This document shows positions 63,341 to 64,000 of a DNA stretch of 64,000 nucleotides, one piece after another. The position numbers and the translations under genes are program-made. The first letter of the stretch is position 1, and every line of letters starts with the position of its first letter. The stretch covers positions 10,853 through 74,852 of the forward strand of contig JAOUEV010000009.1 in assembly GCA_029858565.1 (NCBI GenBank). Direction: 5' to 3'. This DNA comes from Nitrospirota bacterium. GTDB taxonomy: Bacteria > Nitrospirota > UBA9217. The notes beneath the pieces are model-generated. The model made no database searches. It saw only the letters and a program-made list of their open reading frames with translations, and had not been told where the DNA came from.

Positions 63341-64000
63341 CTAGCTTCGCTTTTGCTGGACAAGGGCAACGCCGACGAGAATGGATATGCCGCCGGCGAT
63401 CTGGGAAAGAGTAATGCGTTCCCGCAGGAAGACCGCGGCAAAGGCGACTGCAGCGAAGGGCATGAGGTAGTGATATACCACGGTGCGGGTGACGCCGATC
63501 CGTTTTACGCCGTCATACCAGAGCGTGTGGGCGATCCCTCCTGCAACCACTGCGGCGAAGAGGAACGCGGTCCATGATCCTGCGGAGATGGCGCTCCAGT
63601 TCTGGTTTCCCAATTCCCGCAGGCTCACCGGGAGCAGCATAATGCTGCCGGCGATCATGGCCCAGGCGGTTACCAGCGACGGCGGATACTTGGCGAGCAA
63701 GGGCCGTGCATTGATGGTGTAAAGCGCCCAGAGGACCGAGGCGCCCAGTGTTATGAGGTCGCCCAGGAAGGCGGACGAGGTGAACGAGAATCCCCGGCCG
63801 CCGCTTCCGATGATCACCAGGGCGCCGAACGTTGCCAGGGCAAGGCCGCTCAGCATCCTGTTGCTGATCCTCTCCTTTCCTGTCGCGGCCATGATAAGCG
63901 CGGCGAAGAGGGGCGACAGGGAGATGAACAGGGCCGAGTGGGATGCCGATGAATAGTGCAGGCCGTACATGAAAAGGATGTTGTAAAGCGTGATGCCGAT
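63341..64000 (-). CDS. DMT/EamA-family transporter (5' end outside window)
   Basis: SPLFAALI...GKERI, GDLITL...LWALYT, LRERIT...GG EamA repeats. Confidence 0.9.
   Translation of the reverse strand: MGITLYNILFMYGLHYSSASHSALFISLSPLFAALIMAATGKERISNRMLSGLALATFGALVIIGSGGRGFSFTSSAFLGDLITLGASVLWALYTINARPLLAKYPPSLVTAWAMIAGSIMLLPVSLRELGNQNWSAISAGSWTAFLFAAVVAGGIAHTLWYDGVKRIGVTRTVVYHYLMPFAAVAFAAVFLRERITLSQIAGGISILVGVALVQQKRS

Overview
A gene-dense, GC-rich bacterial chromosome segment, probably from an anaerobic Nitrospirota/Desulfobacterota-type diderm (taxon is inference). Housekeeping blocks are htrA, yebC-ruvCAB-queH-spoIID, aspC, ubiX, iscR-nifS-nifU-tusA, nfeD-SPFH, rsmD-coaD, argS and tgt-yajC-secDF. 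Among them sit three notable loci. (1) An AT-richer 8.6-14.4 kb locus encodes an OmcE-like secreted tetraheme cytochrome, an NHL lipoprotein, a PpiC foldase and an outer-membrane beta-barrel, a candidate cytochrome-nanowire assembly system. (2) An AT-rich PhcB-like methyltransferase plus membrane hybrid kinase, a candidate quorum-sensing module, lies directly upstream of (3) a Mo-nitrogenase region: nifHDK, fused nifEN, nifX, nifI1I2, fdxB, nifB, modABC, a divergent second NifB-like radical SAM gene, a porin-like gene, amtB-glnK and a second amt. Eight sigma54 -24/-12 promoters are visible, most with tandem 17-bp TG-N13-CA boxes on a ~19-bp pitch; one has no sense gene downstream. Intergenic spaces carry GTAG-type REPs and heptamer/nonamer inverted-repeat elements, one of which forms the NifE-NifN linker. 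The SPFH gene has an in-frame TAG. No rRNA, tRNA, CRISPR or transposase was recognised. Family assignments come from motif recognition, not database searches, and GC differences were judged by eye.
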